The notes: generated by a model not told the origin, from the letters alone. DNA of 64,000 nucleotides from an uncultured bacterium (GCA_963749495.1 CAVVMW010000006.1:64001-128000), one strand, 5' to 3'. Shown: positions 32,492 through 43,459, counted from the first letter of the stretch. Made by a program: numbers and translations.

Positions 32492-32520
32492 AGTATCGGC
32501 AGCTTTCGGGTGGAGGTCAA
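32492..32520 (-). promoter_or_regulatory. sigma-70-like promoter driving a candidate ncRNA
   Basis: TTGACC-17 nt-GATACT on the minus strand. Confidence 0.55.
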
Positions 32521-32730
32521 GCGGCGAGACCGAGATTTTCGGTATTCTTCGGCCTGGCGGACTGGAGAGGATTTGTCTTTGCAGGCGCGATGTATGACCG
32601 TAGTTAATCGTAATATCCATTTGTTTTTTATCCGGAGAGGAACGGATGCGCTATGTGGGTGACGCTGAGGGCGGCAGTTGGCCAAGGTCAACACAGGTTT
32701 TCATGTCTTTTCGCGGGATTTGGCGAGATC

Positions 32731-35700
32731 TCACCGCGGTTTCCTGGTGGCCTGCCAGAGGCGGTTCAAGCCTTCGACCCAGGTGACCAGGGCGGCCTTG
32801 GCCTGGGCGGGGTCGGTCAGGGGCGTTTCCTGGTGGGCAACCTTGGTGTTGCGAAACTCGTTGATGGCCGTGATCCGGTCCAGCAGGTCCCGGCCCCCAG
32901 CGAAGCGGAGTTCGGCTTTGACCGCCTCGAAGACGCCAGTCAGCTTGGTGTTGTCATTCAGGGCGTAGTCGAGGGCGCTTCGCAACAAGCCGAGCGGCGA
33001 GAGGCCGTTTTTGTAAACGAGGGTTTTTCTGAGGTTGCGGGCCACTTCTTCGTAGTGGCGGACCATGCGGTTGTCCACGGCGGCCAGGTACGGCTCGAAC
33101 CAGGTCTTTTGGTCGGGGGCGTCCGTCGGCATTCGGGGGGTCAACTTTTGAATGAGCAGGCCTTTCGCTGACTCGTCAATGACGCCAAGCAGGGCGGTGA
33201 ACACCGGGGCGTAATTGACTCCCGGTTTCTTTTCAAAGAAGCGGTAGAGTGAGACGGATTCCTCGGCGGCTTTGCGGAGCCGCTCGGGCAGGGCCGCGAG
33301 CATTTTTTCGTCAACGAGTCCCTGGGCTTCCTGGGCTTTGCTTTCGAGAATACCGATGCCGGCAAAAAGCGGGAGTTCCTCGGCGAACTTCTGTTCGTTG
33401 ATGAGGTCGTGCAAGGATGGCGCGCACATGCGGGCCAGGTCGGAAAAGAGAGCGCCTTGAAATCGCTGGAAGACGCCTTCGGGCACGTAAACGTATTCCC
33501 ATTTCTTTTGCTTGGTGGAGGCGGCCTTGCACCATTCGACGGCGGCGCGGGCTTTGGCTGCGGTTTCCTTGTCCACCTGGCCCTTGGTTTCGACAAGATA
33601 ATGCGTGCCGGTGGTGGTGCGGACGAAAAAGTCCGGCAGGTAGAAGGCCAAGCGGATGCCCTGAGCGAGATAATCAATCCGGAGCGACTGGGGGCCGGCG
33701 TTCTTGGCGAACGCCGTGACGTCGGCGGCGCGGTTGCACTGCTCGACGAAGGCGGTTTCGAGCGAGCGGTTGCAGGGGATGAGGTTGAAGACGGTGCGCG
33801 GGGACTGATGGACCGGGCGGCGTTCGCTGACGGTGACTTGGAATGGTTTCCAGGTGGAGAGCGGCACGGGCGGAGCTTCGGGCGTGCGGACCTGGGTTTG
33901 GATGACTTTGCGACGAATAAGCGGGACGAACACGGCACGGACGTGCTCCCGCACGTCGCTGTCGGAAAGGCGTTTTACCAGCCGCGTGTCGAAGACGGAA
34001 ACCTGCGTGCCGAAAAGGAGTTCCTCGAAGAACTTTTGCAGGAGCGGCGCGAGGACCTGGTGAGTGTTCTTCACCTTGCAAACGTACTCGAGTTCCTGAA
34101 CGTAGAACGAAATTGCGCCGATGCCGGATTCGAGCAGGGCGAGGCTGACCTTCATGTGTTCGACGACTTCGCCGGTGATGAGGTGCCGGCCTTGGTACTG
34201 GACTTCATCCGGGCCGCGGTCGCCGATGGGCAGGGCTTTGTAGGGGGCGAAGGCTTCGCGCATTTCGGCCTCGGAAATGGGGCCAAGGACAGGGAGGGTT
34301 TGGTTGGCCGAGGTCAAACGCGGGAGCGCGATGTCCAGCGCCTTCGCGTCCTTCTCCTCCAGGTCGGGGAAAATTGAGACCGTGGTGGTGGGGACTTTAT
34401 GGACATCAACAATCTCGATGGGCAAACCTTCCTGCGCGAGCTCGTCGTGATAGAGCCGGGCGAAAGCCTCGTGCTCAACCACAGCGACAATTTCATTTGC
34501 CTGACCCGGCGGCGTCATGCGGCGGAGTCCGCGTCCGAGGGTTTGCTCGGGCAGGATATTGGCTTTGGAGCTGTAAGGCCGGAGGGGGACGATGGTGGTG
34601 ACGTTCCGAACGTCCCAGCCTTCGCGGAGCATGAGCACGGAGACGATGCAGAAAAAGGGGCTGGTGCCGGAGTCGAGTTCGCGGCTCAGTCTGCGGAGAG
34701 CCTTGAGGTCTTCGTCACTGATCTCCTTTTCGCTTTCGACAAATTCCGTGCGCGCGTCGGCGCCCTTGCCAATCTTCTTAAGTTTGCCTTTAAGGTTGGT
34801 GTGGAGGTTGATCGTGCGGCCGTTCAACTCCTTGAAAACCGGGTCGCCATTGAGGCGCCCGGCGATTTCGTCGGCGGCCTTGGTGTCCTCGCACATGACA
34901 AAGATGAGGGGTTTCTTGCCGCTCTTGAGCCATTCGTCGCGGCTTTTGAGCCAGCGCTCATAGCCGAGTTTGAGGTGCATTTCCCATCGGTAACCCGCGT
35001 TGTCGGTGGCCTGTTCGTTGAGCCGGCCGGCGCGACCGATGATTGGTGTTTTGATGATGCCGGCGTCCACGGCCTCGCCCAGGGGCGTATCGCAGACGAT
35101 GTGCTTGAAATAGTTGGCCTTGTTGTCCTTCGGGGTGGCACTGAAATCAAGCTGGGCAAGGAGGCCGCCGCCGGTGCGCTTCTGGATAGTTTCGTGGAGG
35201 AATTTGATGGCCTCGTTCCAGGCCGAATCGGGGTCCCAAACGTGGTGGGCTTCGTCGTTCATCACCATGACACGCTGGTGGCTGGTGATGCGGTCGCGCA
35301 GCGCCGCGGCGGTATCGAGCGCGGTCGCTTTCGAGACGGCGGGCCCCATCCAGTCGAACGCGTCCCCTGAGTCGCGCTTGCGGGTGTTGTCGAAAAGTCG
35401 GTGGATGTTGGTCAGGTACAGCGTGCCACCGGTGCTGGCGCCGCTGGCTTCGTCCTGGAGGACCGTGGTCAGGTTCCAATCGCCGCGCCATTCTACGGGA
35501 ATGAGCGGGTCGCGCTCGAAAATGTCCGGGCCGCCGCCCTCGGGTTTGAAATCTTCCTTGAGCCGTTCGAACACCGTGAGATTGGGGGCGATGATGACAA
35601 AGTGCTTTGCCATCGGCGAATCGCTTTCGCGCAGCGCGTGGAAGTAGCTCCAGACGATGGCCAGGCTCATGACTTTGGTCTTGCCCGAGCCGGTGGCCAT

Positions 35701-36153
35701 CTTGAACGCGTAGCGGCTCCAGGCGTCTTCTTCATCGGTGACGCCGAGCGCGGCAGTTTCGGCATAGGCGCCGCCAAACTCGGCGATGAGTTGGGAAAGA
35801 GATTCGAGTTTTCGGACTTCCTTGAGGTAGATGAGGGTTTCGATGGCTTCGCGCTGGCAGAAGTAATAGCGGAACTCCTGGGGCGGATCGCTGCCGGCGA
35901 TCGTGTGGGTACGGCCAAACCAGTGGTTGAGCAGGTGGCGGCTGGTGTCGCTTGCGCCAAAGTAGAAGCCTTCGCGCCATTCTTTGACCATGGCGCGGAG
36001 ATTCTGAGCGATGGCGATGCCGGTTGGCCGGCGGCCGTTGCGCTCGACGGCGCCCTCGCCGCTGTCGGCGCGGACGCGGTGTTTGTTGGGTTCCTCCCAG
36101 GAGGCGAAAAGGGGCTCGAGGGCTTCGGCTCGGATGGTCAAGGGTTCGGGCAT
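32731..36153 (-). CDS. res: type III restriction enzyme Res subunit with C-terminal HEPN-like extension
   Basis: MATGSGKT Walker A, DEAHH, SATP, LREGWDV, QTLGRGLR helicase motifs; PDF..VETKG nuclease; terminal RNTKVAH. Confidence 0.88.
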   Translation of the reverse strand: MPEPLTIRAEALEPLFASWEEPNKHRVRADSGEGAVERNGRRPTGIAIAQNLRAMVKEWREGFYFGASDTSRHLLNHWFGRTHTIAGSDPPQEFRYYFCQREAIETLIYLKEVRKLESLSQLIAEFGGAYAETAALGVTDEEDAWSRYAFKMATGSGKTKVMSLAIVWSYFHALRESDSPMAKHFVIIAPNLTVFERLKEDFKPEGGGPDIFERDPLIPVEWRGDWNLTTVLQDEASGASTGGTLYLTNIHRLFDNTRKRDSGDAFDWMGPAVSKATALDTAAALRDRITSHQRVMVMNDEAHHVWDPDSAWNEAIKFLHETIQKRTGGGLLAQLDFSATPKDNKANYFKHIVCDTPLGEAVDAGIIKTPIIGRAGRLNEQATDNAGYRWEMHLKLGYERWLKSRDEWLKSGKKPLIFVMCEDTKAADEIAGRLNGDPVFKELNGRTINLHTNLKGKLKKIGKGADARTEFVESEKEISDEDLKALRRLSRELDSGTSPFFCIVSVLMLREGWDVRNVTTIVPLRPYSSKANILPEQTLGRGLRRMTPPGQANEIVAVVEHEAFARLYHDELAQEGLPIEIVDVHKVPTTTVSIFPDLEEKDAKALDIALPRLTSANQTLPVLGPISEAEMREAFAPYKALPIGDRGPDEVQYQGRHLITGEVVEHMKVSLALLESGIGAISFYVQELEYVCKVKNTHQVLAPLLQKFFEELLFGTQVSVFDTRLVKRLSDSDVREHVRAVFVPLIRRKVIQTQVRTPEAPPVPLSTWKPFQVTVSERRPVHQSPRTVFNLIPCNRSLETAFVEQCNRAADVTAFAKNAGPQSLRIDYLAQGIRLAFYLPDFFVRTTTGTHYLVETKGQVDKETAAKARAAVEWCKAASTKQKKWEYVYVPEGVFQRFQGALFSDLARMCAPSLHDLINEQKFAEELPLFAGIGILESKAQEAQGLVDEKMLAALPERLRKAAEESVSLYRFFEKKPGVNYAPVFTALLGVIDESAKGLLIQKLTPRMPTDAPDQKTWFEPYLAAVDNRMVRHYEEVARNLRKTLVYKNGLSPLGLLRSALDYALNDNTKLTGVFEAVKAELRFAGGRDLLDRITAINEFRNTKVAHQETPLTDPAQAKAALVTWVEGLNRLWQATRKPR

Positions 36154-36155
36154 AG

Positions 36156-36266
36156 TCAGCCTTCGGAAATGACGGTGAGCCCAGGGACATTTTCGAAATG
36201 TTTGCGGTTGTGGGTAACGAGCGGCGAAGAGACTATGTTGGTGTCAACGAGCATCGCTGGGGTCAT
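36156..36266 (-). pseudogene. internally deleted PIN/VapC toxin
   Basis: MTPAMLVDTNIVS-SPLVTHNRKHFENVPGLTVISEG: PIN N- and C-terminal motifs are directly joined. Confidence 0.75.
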
Positions 36267-37231
36267 CTGACGGGGTTCTCCGCATGCCAGCGTTCCAGGG
36301 CCTCGTCAAAGCCCTCCCAATCCTGCGCCTCACTGGGCCCGTAGAGGGATGCGATTTCGGTGACAGGCTCAACGCCCTGGCAACGGGCGTATTCTTCTGC
36401 CGATGGGCTCTCCCAAAAACCGTAGGACCAGGGTGCTTCGTGGGCAGCGGATACGCCCAGCGGTTCGTCAACACGCTCTATGTCGGCAATCTCAAGCCGG
36501 TGCGGTTCACCGCCTGGGGTGTATTCCATGCGGCCGGTGACGCGAACGAATTGGCGGATGCACTCCTCGACCTCCGCACTGAGGTTTTCGGGGAAGTGGC
36601 AGAGGATGGGCTGGCCGATTGAGGGGTGGACACGCAACTGCCTGCCGGTTTCTTTGAAGTCGGCCATTAGCAGTCGGCCCTGAACAGTCTGCTGCTGCGA
36701 CTGGGGCTGGGCGATGCGCTGGCGCACGCGATCCTGCCCGGGCAGGTTGTAGCTGGCTTTTATCGGGCTGGGCCGGTGGTTCAGCGTGAACTCCACCCGC
36801 GAGACGCCCTTGCTGAAAAGCCGCCCGAAATCTCGGAGCTTCATCAGGACACCCAAATCGAATCCGGGCGGCAGGGCGGCGGTGTCCTGGGAAACCGCCT
36901 CGATTCCCTCCAACAGGGCCTTGTAGGTTGTCTCGCCGAAGTCGGCGTTCTGCATCATGATCTGGCGGTCGCTTCGGTCCAGGAACGCAACGGCGGCGGG
37001 GCTGCCCTCGGTGAAGCCGATGAGGTCAAGCGAGAGCGCTTCGGTGACATCGGTTGGCCGCCGGCCAGGGACGGCACTCGGCGTGTGTTGCATGGCCAGC
37101 GCCACGCGTTTCGCACAGGCGGAAAATTCGCGCGCAGCCTGGATGAAGTCATCCAGTCGCATGCGGCTGGGCTTTACGTCCGGGCCCTCGAAGCGAATCG
37201 TGAGATAAGCACTGGGTCTGTTGCCGTTCAT
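36263..37231 (-). CDS. hypothetical protein between mod and res (possible antitoxin partner of the PIN remnant)
   Basis: 322-aa ORF with AGGAG RBS; 4-bp overlap with the PIN start; acidic C-terminus. Confidence 0.7.
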   Translation of the reverse strand: MNGNRPSAYLTIRFEGPDVKPSRMRLDDFIQAAREFSACAKRVALAMQHTPSAVPGRRPTDVTEALSLDLIGFTEGSPAAVAFLDRSDRQIMMQNADFGETTYKALLEGIEAVSQDTAALPPGFDLGVLMKLRDFGRLFSKGVSRVEFTLNHRPSPIKASYNLPGQDRVRQRIAQPQSQQQTVQGRLLMADFKETGRQLRVHPSIGQPILCHFPENLSAEVEECIRQFVRVTGRMEYTPGGEPHRLEIADIERVDEPLGVSAAHEAPWSYGFWESPSAEEYARCQGVEPVTEIASLYGPSEAQDWEGFDEALERWHAENPVR

Positions 37232-37243
37232 AACTTCTCCTTC

Positions 37244-39363
37244 CTACGTATTCACGTCAAGGGCGATGCTGGTGTCACACCCGAAAACGTCAACGACTTT
37301 GACGCAGATGGTGTGTCGGCCATTGACCTCGTACACGTGCCCGGCGTCGCTGACGGTTTTGAGGGAGCGGTCTTTGCGCGTGCGGTAGTCCTGCCAGTGA
37401 TGGTTGAAGGGTTTCCCGGGCTGCCAATCGAAGTCCACGGCCCAGAAATCAATGAAATCGAAGCCGCTCTTGATGGCGCGCTCCTTCAAGGCTTCGAGCT
37501 CCTTTGCGGGCACTTCGGCCAGCGATGGCAGGAACTTTGTGAGCTTCACGTCAACGGATTTCTTGCCGGACTCTTTCCGATGGACCGTGTCCGCCTCCAG
37601 CACGGCCATTTCGAGGAACGGCGGTGGGCTTTTGCGGTTCTTTTCCATGACTTCGCGAGGGATTGGGATGAGCTTCATCTTCACCCCGAGCTCGGCCTCC
37701 AGCGCAAGCGTGAATTGGCGCAATTCCATTTCGAACTCCCAAGCCAGGCAATAAACTTCGCGACCGCTGGCCTGGACAGTGGCCTCGGCAACGGCACGGG
37801 CCTCGTGGCGGGTAAAGACGGAATCAATGCCGTCCACGTGGCAGAAGGCGCCAGCTTTGCGGCCATGCAGGAGGGGGCTCGGCGGGGCGGCGAGAATCTC
37901 GGCCTTGAAGAATTCCAGCACGACGCGGCGATGTTCTTCTTCTGCGCCCTTGAGGCGATCCTTCTGCCACCACTGACGCTCGTAACGGCCGAGGTTGTAA
38001 ACGTCGAAGGCGCGGTACGGTTTGGCGCCGAGGTGAAGCGTGCGCTGTAGCTCGATGAGGCGTTTGCGGCTTGTGTGGATCGCGAATCTTCCGAGATCGG
38101 CCATTATCCATCGCCGGCCCAGCCTTTCTGCCACTACGCCGGTTGTCCCGCTGCCGCAGAAAAAGTCGGCGACCAGGTCACCTTCCTTACTGCTGGCCTT
38201 GATGATGCGCTCAAGGAGGGCCTCTGGCTTCTGGGTTGCGTAATTCAGGCGTTCCAAGCTCTGCGCCTGCACGGGCAGGATGTCGGTCCAAAGGGATTGG
38301 AGCGGTACGCCCGGCATGTCGTCCAGGAATAGCTTCAAACGGGGCATCCTTCCTGGCTCAAACCAAACAATGTCCTGTTTGACAAGACGATCAACGGCCT
38401 GCTGTACCGTTTCTCCGGACTCCAGGCCGACCGCCCAGTGCCTTCCGGGGGGCAGGGAAATTTCATGGCCTTGAATCAGGATTGGCTTTCCCGAGTCGCC
38501 ATGGCGGGTTCCGGCGGCAGTTAGGTCCCGAAGGGCGAACTTCTTTCCGGTCGCGCTATCCGTGCGACTGTAGGACTGCTGGATGTGTTCGGCGTCGTAC
38601 GGGGTGTACTGGAGATTCCAGGTGAAGTTGGGTCCCCTAGTGTAAAAGAAAATGCTCTCATGGATTCGTCCATATTGGGCCAGTGAATCGAAGGACCCGC
38701 CCTTCGCGGTTTGGCGCTTCCAGACGATCTCGTTCTGAAATCTATCTGGGCCGAAAACCTCGTCGAGCAGGAGCTTAACTGCGGACGAGACTTGCCAACC
38801 GAGGTGGACGTAGATGCTACCCGTCTGGCTCAAGAGTTCCTTCATCAGCGTTAGCCGCTCAAAAACCATGGGAAGATAAGAGTCGGACCCTTTCCCCCAC
38901 GTGTCACGATAGGCGACCATTTCGAGCGTGGATTGGTCCTTTTCGATCGTTTCCTTTCCATTCCCGACCGGGACTTCCATCGTGAAATCCGCGCCCACGT
39001 CGAACGGAGGGTCTATGTAAATTAGGTCGATCTTGCCTTTGAACTCCTTGAGGAGGCTGGCCATCACCAGTGTGTTGTCGCCCCAGATGAGCCGGTTGCG
39101 GAAGTCCTTGGTCGTTTTGTATTCGGGGGCGGATTCCTGAATGCGGAGCAGCCGTTGCTCGAACATATCCGTTTGGCCCTGGGCGGCGGCCCGCTGACGG
39201 GCTCGTCCACGGTCTCGATTTTCTGCATCGGCATGGAGCACGCAGCGGCGTCCACTTCGCGGCGGTTGCCGAACTCGTCGTACTTGCCGTCCCAGACGAG
39301 CTCGGTCCGCATTTTCGAGAGCGGGTGGGGGTTGGTTGGCCCCCAATGAAATTCGTTCGCCAT
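37244..39363 (-). CDS. mod: type III R-M DNA methyltransferase Mod, frameshift ~39200
   Basis: [24 protein letters not shown]-terminus MANEFHWG... is in the adjacent frame; C-terminal VKVVDVFG. Confidence 0.88.
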
Positions 39364-39563
39364 CGTGGTTGAACGTCGCGCAACGATGATAGACCTGGCG
39401 GAGCAGGGTTGGAAGCAAAAGAATGGCGGCAGGATTCTTGTGGTTTGGCGGGTGGTGACCCCCTGCCCGTGGTATGAAATAATCAATGCAGATCCCCAGC
39501 TCTATTTCTTGACGGCTCTTAAAAGCCATTGACACAAGAGGTGGTTTGTGGCGCCCTTCCCTC

Positions 39564-39640
39564 ATGCCGCGCAAGCGGCGAGTCCGGTACCCTGGCGCCA
39601 TTTATCACCTCATGAATCGGGGCGGCCAGCGCGAAGGCCG
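39564..39640 (+). pseudogene. N-terminal fragment of REP-associated tyrosine transposase (RAYT-like)
   Basis: [24 protein letters not shown], after which similarity is lost. Confidence 0.7.
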
Positions 39641-40136
39641 GAAACCGGTCTCTTCCCCTCCTCGGCTTGAGCGGCTCCACCTCGGCTGCCCGGATATAAC
39701 GCCGAAGCGCCTCCGCGCAATCCTCCTTCACGCGCCCCCGGACCCACTTCCTCCTCTATAGGAAGCTCGATTTTACCGAACTGATATCGGCTTCCATCGT
39801 GTCAAACAAAAACCGTGCCCGCAAAAATCCCCCGATTTTACCGGCGCTGTAGCGCCTGGTTGGGGGTCGTGTTGCGGGTTCGACCTCAAAAATCCCCCGG
39901 TTCCATGGGGCTTGTAGCACTGTAGCGGGTCCATACCCCTGCGCCGCGGACCACTCCGGCAGGAGAACGGCTTCGGCGGGGCGCGTCTTGCCTGTACAAC
40001 CGGTCCCGAATGCCGGGGATTGGAGCGCGGACTTCAGTCCGCTTATGGCGGCCGACGGCCGGGCCGGCGCGGGTTTTTTCCGAGGCCGGTCCTCCTCCCG
40101 CGTCTTTGAATCTCGAACACCTTGCCACCTTTATTT

Positions 40137-40366
40137 CTAGCGAGGCGGGGCCTCAGACCGTGGCTTGGGCATCTTGCCCAAGCCCCACGGGCAGGATGCC
40201 CGTGCCACAAACCTGACCTGTCTGCATCACGTTTTGAAACTCAAGGACTCTAGCGAGGCGGGGCCTCAGACCTTGGCTTGGGCATCCTGCCCAAGCCCCA
40301 CGGGCAGGATGCCCGTGCCACAAACTTGATCTGTCTGCACCACGTTTTGAAACTCAAGGACTCTAG
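40137..40366. repeat. 113-bp tandem duplication delimited by CTAG, containing a REP hairpin
   Basis: CTAG at 40137, 40250 and 40363; the two units are near-identical. Confidence 0.85.
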
Positions 40367-40373
40367 ACGGCTC

Positions 40374-40583
40374 CTAAAGCTTTGTCTTGACCCCGCAGGC
40401 GCGCAGGAGGCACCAACCGCGCGCGGCCTCGTAGAGCGCGAATAACCCGGCCAGCATCAACCCCGCGCACAGCCAGCGGTTGGCGCTCCGGAGCGCCAAG
40501 CCCAAACCAATCAACGCAAGGCCCCATAGGGCCCGCGCGACCCGCCCGCGCCAATCAATGTTGCGCGAAAAGAATTTGCTCAT
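40374..40583 (-). CDS. DUF2892/YgaP-like small membrane protein
   Basis: RNID..GR.AR, two TM segments, GWCLLRACG. Confidence 0.7.
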   Translation of the reverse strand: MSKFFSRNIDWRGRVARALWGLALIGLGLALRSANRWLCAGLMLAGLFALYEAARGWCLLRACGVKTKL

Positions 40584-40761
40584 GGAAGGCCCCCTTTGGC
40601 CTCGGCGAATGCATTCGACCATGAACCGGATAGGGGCTGCGAGGCCGCGAAGCGTTTTGGACTGCGGTCCCGATGCAGTATCGGGACCGCTGTTCGGAAT
40701 CCTGGGGATGCAAAAGCGCCAGAGGACTGGCGCAGTCCAAAACCTTGCGGGCTTCGGTGGT

Positions 40762-42150
40762 TCATGGAAAAACGCACACCGTCTTGATATTGACAAACTC
40801 GCGCAGGCCCAGGACGCCCAGTTCACGGCCGTAGCCGGACTGCTTGACGCCGCCAAAGGGCAGCCGAGGGTCGGAGGCGACCATTGCGTTGACGAAGGCC
40901 AGGCCCGATTCGATGCGCTCGATGAACATCTCGCGTTCGGCTTGGTCGTTGGTCCAGGCGCTGGCCCCCAGCCCGAACCCGGTGTCATTGGCCAACCGGA
41001 TGGCCTCCTCCATGTTTGGCGCGCGGAACAGCGATGCGACCGGTCCGAAGAGTTCCTCCCGGTGCGCGGGCGAGCCCGGCGGGATGTTCTTGAGCACCGT
41101 CGGCGCGAAGAAGAAGCCGGGCCGGTCCAGGCGCTTGCCGCCCAGCAGCACCTGCGCGCCCAGGCCCACCGTCCGGTCCACCTGTTCCGCAAGCGTCTCC
41201 AGCACCTCGGCCGTGGCCAGCGGACCAATGTCGGTGGCCTCGTCCATCGGGTCGCCCACCTTGAGCGCCGCCATGCCCCGGACGAACCGGCGCTCGAACT
41301 CGTCGGCGATGGCCTCGTGTACCGATGAAGCGTTTGGCCGCGATGCAGGATTGCCCGTTGTTGATCGTCCGCGCCTGGACGGCACTGGCCACCGCCCGGT
41401 CCAGGTCCGCGCTGGGCATGACGATGAACGGGTCGCTGCCGCCGAGCTCGAGCACGGTCTTCTTGATCGCCTTGCCGGCCGCAGCGGCCACACTCGAGCC
41501 TGCACCAACGCTGCCGGTGAGTGTGACCGCCCTGATGCGCGGGTCCGCGATGAGGGCGCCGACCCGCTCGGCCCGACCAGCAGCGCCTGAAATGCCCCCT
41601 CGGCAAAACCGGCGCGGCGGAAGACGGCCTCGATCGCCAGCGCGCACTGCGGGACATTCGACGCGTGTTTCAACAGGCCCACGTTCCCGGCCATCAGGCC
41701 GGGCGCCGCGAACCGGAAGACCTGCCAGAATGGAAAGTTCCACGGCATCACCGCCAGCACCGGCCCCAGCGGTTGATAGCGCACGTAACTGCGCGTGGCG
41801 CCCGCCTCGCCCGGTTCGTCCGCCAGGAAGCGGGCCGCGTGCTCGGCGTAATAGCGGCAGGCCAGGGCGCATTTCTCGACCTCCTGGATGGCCGCCCGCA
41901 GCGGTTTGCCCATCTCCAGCGTCATGAGCCGCGCAAATTGGTTCTTCTCCGAGTCCAGGCCCAGTCCCGCCTTGGTCATCAGGCGCGCCCGTTCCTCCAC
42001 GGGCAGGCGGCGGTGCTCCCGGAAGGCCGCGACCGCGCGCTCCAGACGGCGCTCGACCTCCTGCTCCGAATGCGGCTCGAACTCCCGCATCATCTCGCCG
42101 GTCGCCGGGTTGATGCTGGCCAGGCCCTTCAAAGTGCTTTGCGCGCTCAT
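40762..42150 (-). CDS. NAD(P)-dependent succinate-semialdehyde dehydrogenase, two frameshifts (~41570, ~41320)
   Basis: [50 protein letters not shown]. Confidence 0.88.
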   Translation of the reverse strand: MSAQSTLKGLASINPATGEMMREFEPHSEQEVERRLERAVAAFREHRRLPVEERARLMTKAGLGLDSEKNQFARLMTLEMGKPLRAAIQEVEKCALACRYYAEHAARFLADEPGEAGATRSYVRYQPLGPVLAVMPWNFPFWQVFRFAAPGLMAGNVGLLKHASNVPQCALAIEAVFRRAGFAEGAFQALLVGPSGSAPSSRTRASGRSHSPAALVQARVWPLRPARRSRRPCSSSAAATRSSSCPARTWTGRWPVPSRRGRSTTGNPASRPNASSVHEAIADEFERRFVRGMAALKVGDPMDEATDIGPLATAEVLETLAEQVDRTVGLGAQVLLGGKRLDRPGFFFAPTVLKNIPPGSPAHREELFGPVASLFRAPNMEEAIRLANDTGFGLGASAWTNDQAEREMFIERIESGLAFVNAMVASDPRLPFGGVKQSGYGRELGVLGLREFVNIKTVCVFP

Positions 42151-42675
42151 GCTCAATACTTAAACCTGGGAACGCTCGAATTCAATCCCGCCATGGCAGC
42201 CCAGGCAATGCACTACTGCACCGCACTTTGAGTGACTTTCACGACCTTTGTCGCAGCCTTTGTCGAGACCTTTATCGAAACCCGGCCCAGCTCGACAAAG
42301 GCTGCGACAAAGATACCGACTTCACCCAAAGTCGAGTGGAGTAGGACATTGCTCACGAAGAGGCTCTCATCTCTCCCGCCGGCGCATCCCGGCACTGCGG
42401 CCGAGCGGGGAGGAAACCCACCCCCCTTCCCCCCTCCCATGCGCTCAGAGCGCATGGGAGGGGGAGATTGTACTTTGCCGAGCACCCAGGGCGGCGGCCC
42501 GTCCCGCTTGGAGCGGGACGGGCCTTGCCCTGGGCTATTATCTGCTGCCCCTCCGGGGCAGAAGAGTGCCGCGCTCCGCGCGGTGGAGTCGAACTCGGAC
42601 GCGGAGTCGGGATGCTCCTCGCCGCTCCTCACTCTGCCCTCGACACTCGCCCCTCGACCCTCGACACTCTCCCTG

Positions 42676-43344
42676 GTGAGACCGCTTGCTGAGTGCCGGC
42701 TTTATGCGTTCGTGGACACGGCCTGCCTGCGCGGGCGCGCCCCGGAACAGGTGGCCCGGGAATTGTGCGAGGGCGGGGCGGACTTGATTCAACTGCGCGC
42801 CAAGCAATCCACACCCGCGGAGATATTTCGCATGGCCCAGGCCATCCTGCCGGCGACCCGCCGGGCGGGCGTGGGCCTGGTCATCAACGATCACCTCTGC
42901 GTGGCCCTGGAGGCGGGCGCGGAGGCCTGCCACCTCGGCCAGGAGGATTTCTTCGGTGCCGGCCACACCCATGTGGGCGCCCTCCGCCCTTCGGGCGCCG
43001 CGTTGCGCATCGGCTTGAGCACCCACGCCCCCGAGCAGGCCAGGCGCGCCCTGGAGGCAGGCGCCGATTACCTCGCCATCGGCCCGGTCTTTGCCACCGC
43101 GACCAAGCCCCAGGCCAGGCCCGTCACCCTCGATTACGTCCGCTGGGCCTCCAACAACGTGGCTGCGCCGTGGTTCGCCATCGGCGGCATTACTCTGGAA
43201 AACCTGGACTCGGTCCTGGCCGCCGGCGCCCGCCGCATCTGCGTCGTCTCCGCCATCCTGAACGCCGGCGACATCGCCGCCGCCTGCCGCAGCTTCAGGC
43301 AGCGCCTGGATGTCGAACGCGGCGCTGCGCCGACCGGGAGATAG
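42676..43344 (+). CDS. thiE: thiamine phosphate synthase
   Basis: QLRAK, INDH, HLGQED, GLSTH, GPVFATATK, AIGGI. Confidence 0.9.
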   Translation: MRPLAECRLYAFVDTACLRGRAPEQVARELCEGGADLIQLRAKQSTPAEIFRMAQAILPATRRAGVGLVINDHLCVALEAGAEACHLGQEDFFGAGHTHVGALRPSGAALRIGLSTHAPEQARRALEAGADYLAIGPVFATATKPQARPVTLDYVRWASNNVAAPWFAIGGITLENLDSVLAAGARRICVVSAILNAGDIAAACRSFRQRLDVERGAAPTGR

Positions 43345-43459
43345 AGCCTGGGCATTTCACTTTTTTGCGCGGGCTTGCTGGCTCCTGAAGTTCGCCTCTA
43401 CGACGCAACAGCAGGCCCATGCCTGTGCTGTAGGGCCTGAGAATAGTCCGTGACCTCCA

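Noticed and set aside
39190..39210. Phase variation of mod
   Set aside because: There is no simple-sequence repeat tract. One missing C in a 3-base run restores the frame, like the other apparent errors.
39780..39960. TGTAGC repeats and AAAAATCCCCC duplicates as a functional element
   Set aside because: Short and degenerate; no ORF or structure could be supported.
40137..40366. CRISPR array
   Set aside because: Only two near-identical 113-bp units, with no unique spacers and no cas genes. No CRISPR array was seen anywhere in the window.
42232..42675. N-terminal extension of ThiE
   Set aside because: It consists of translated intergenic repeats; the real start is likely the GTG at 42676.
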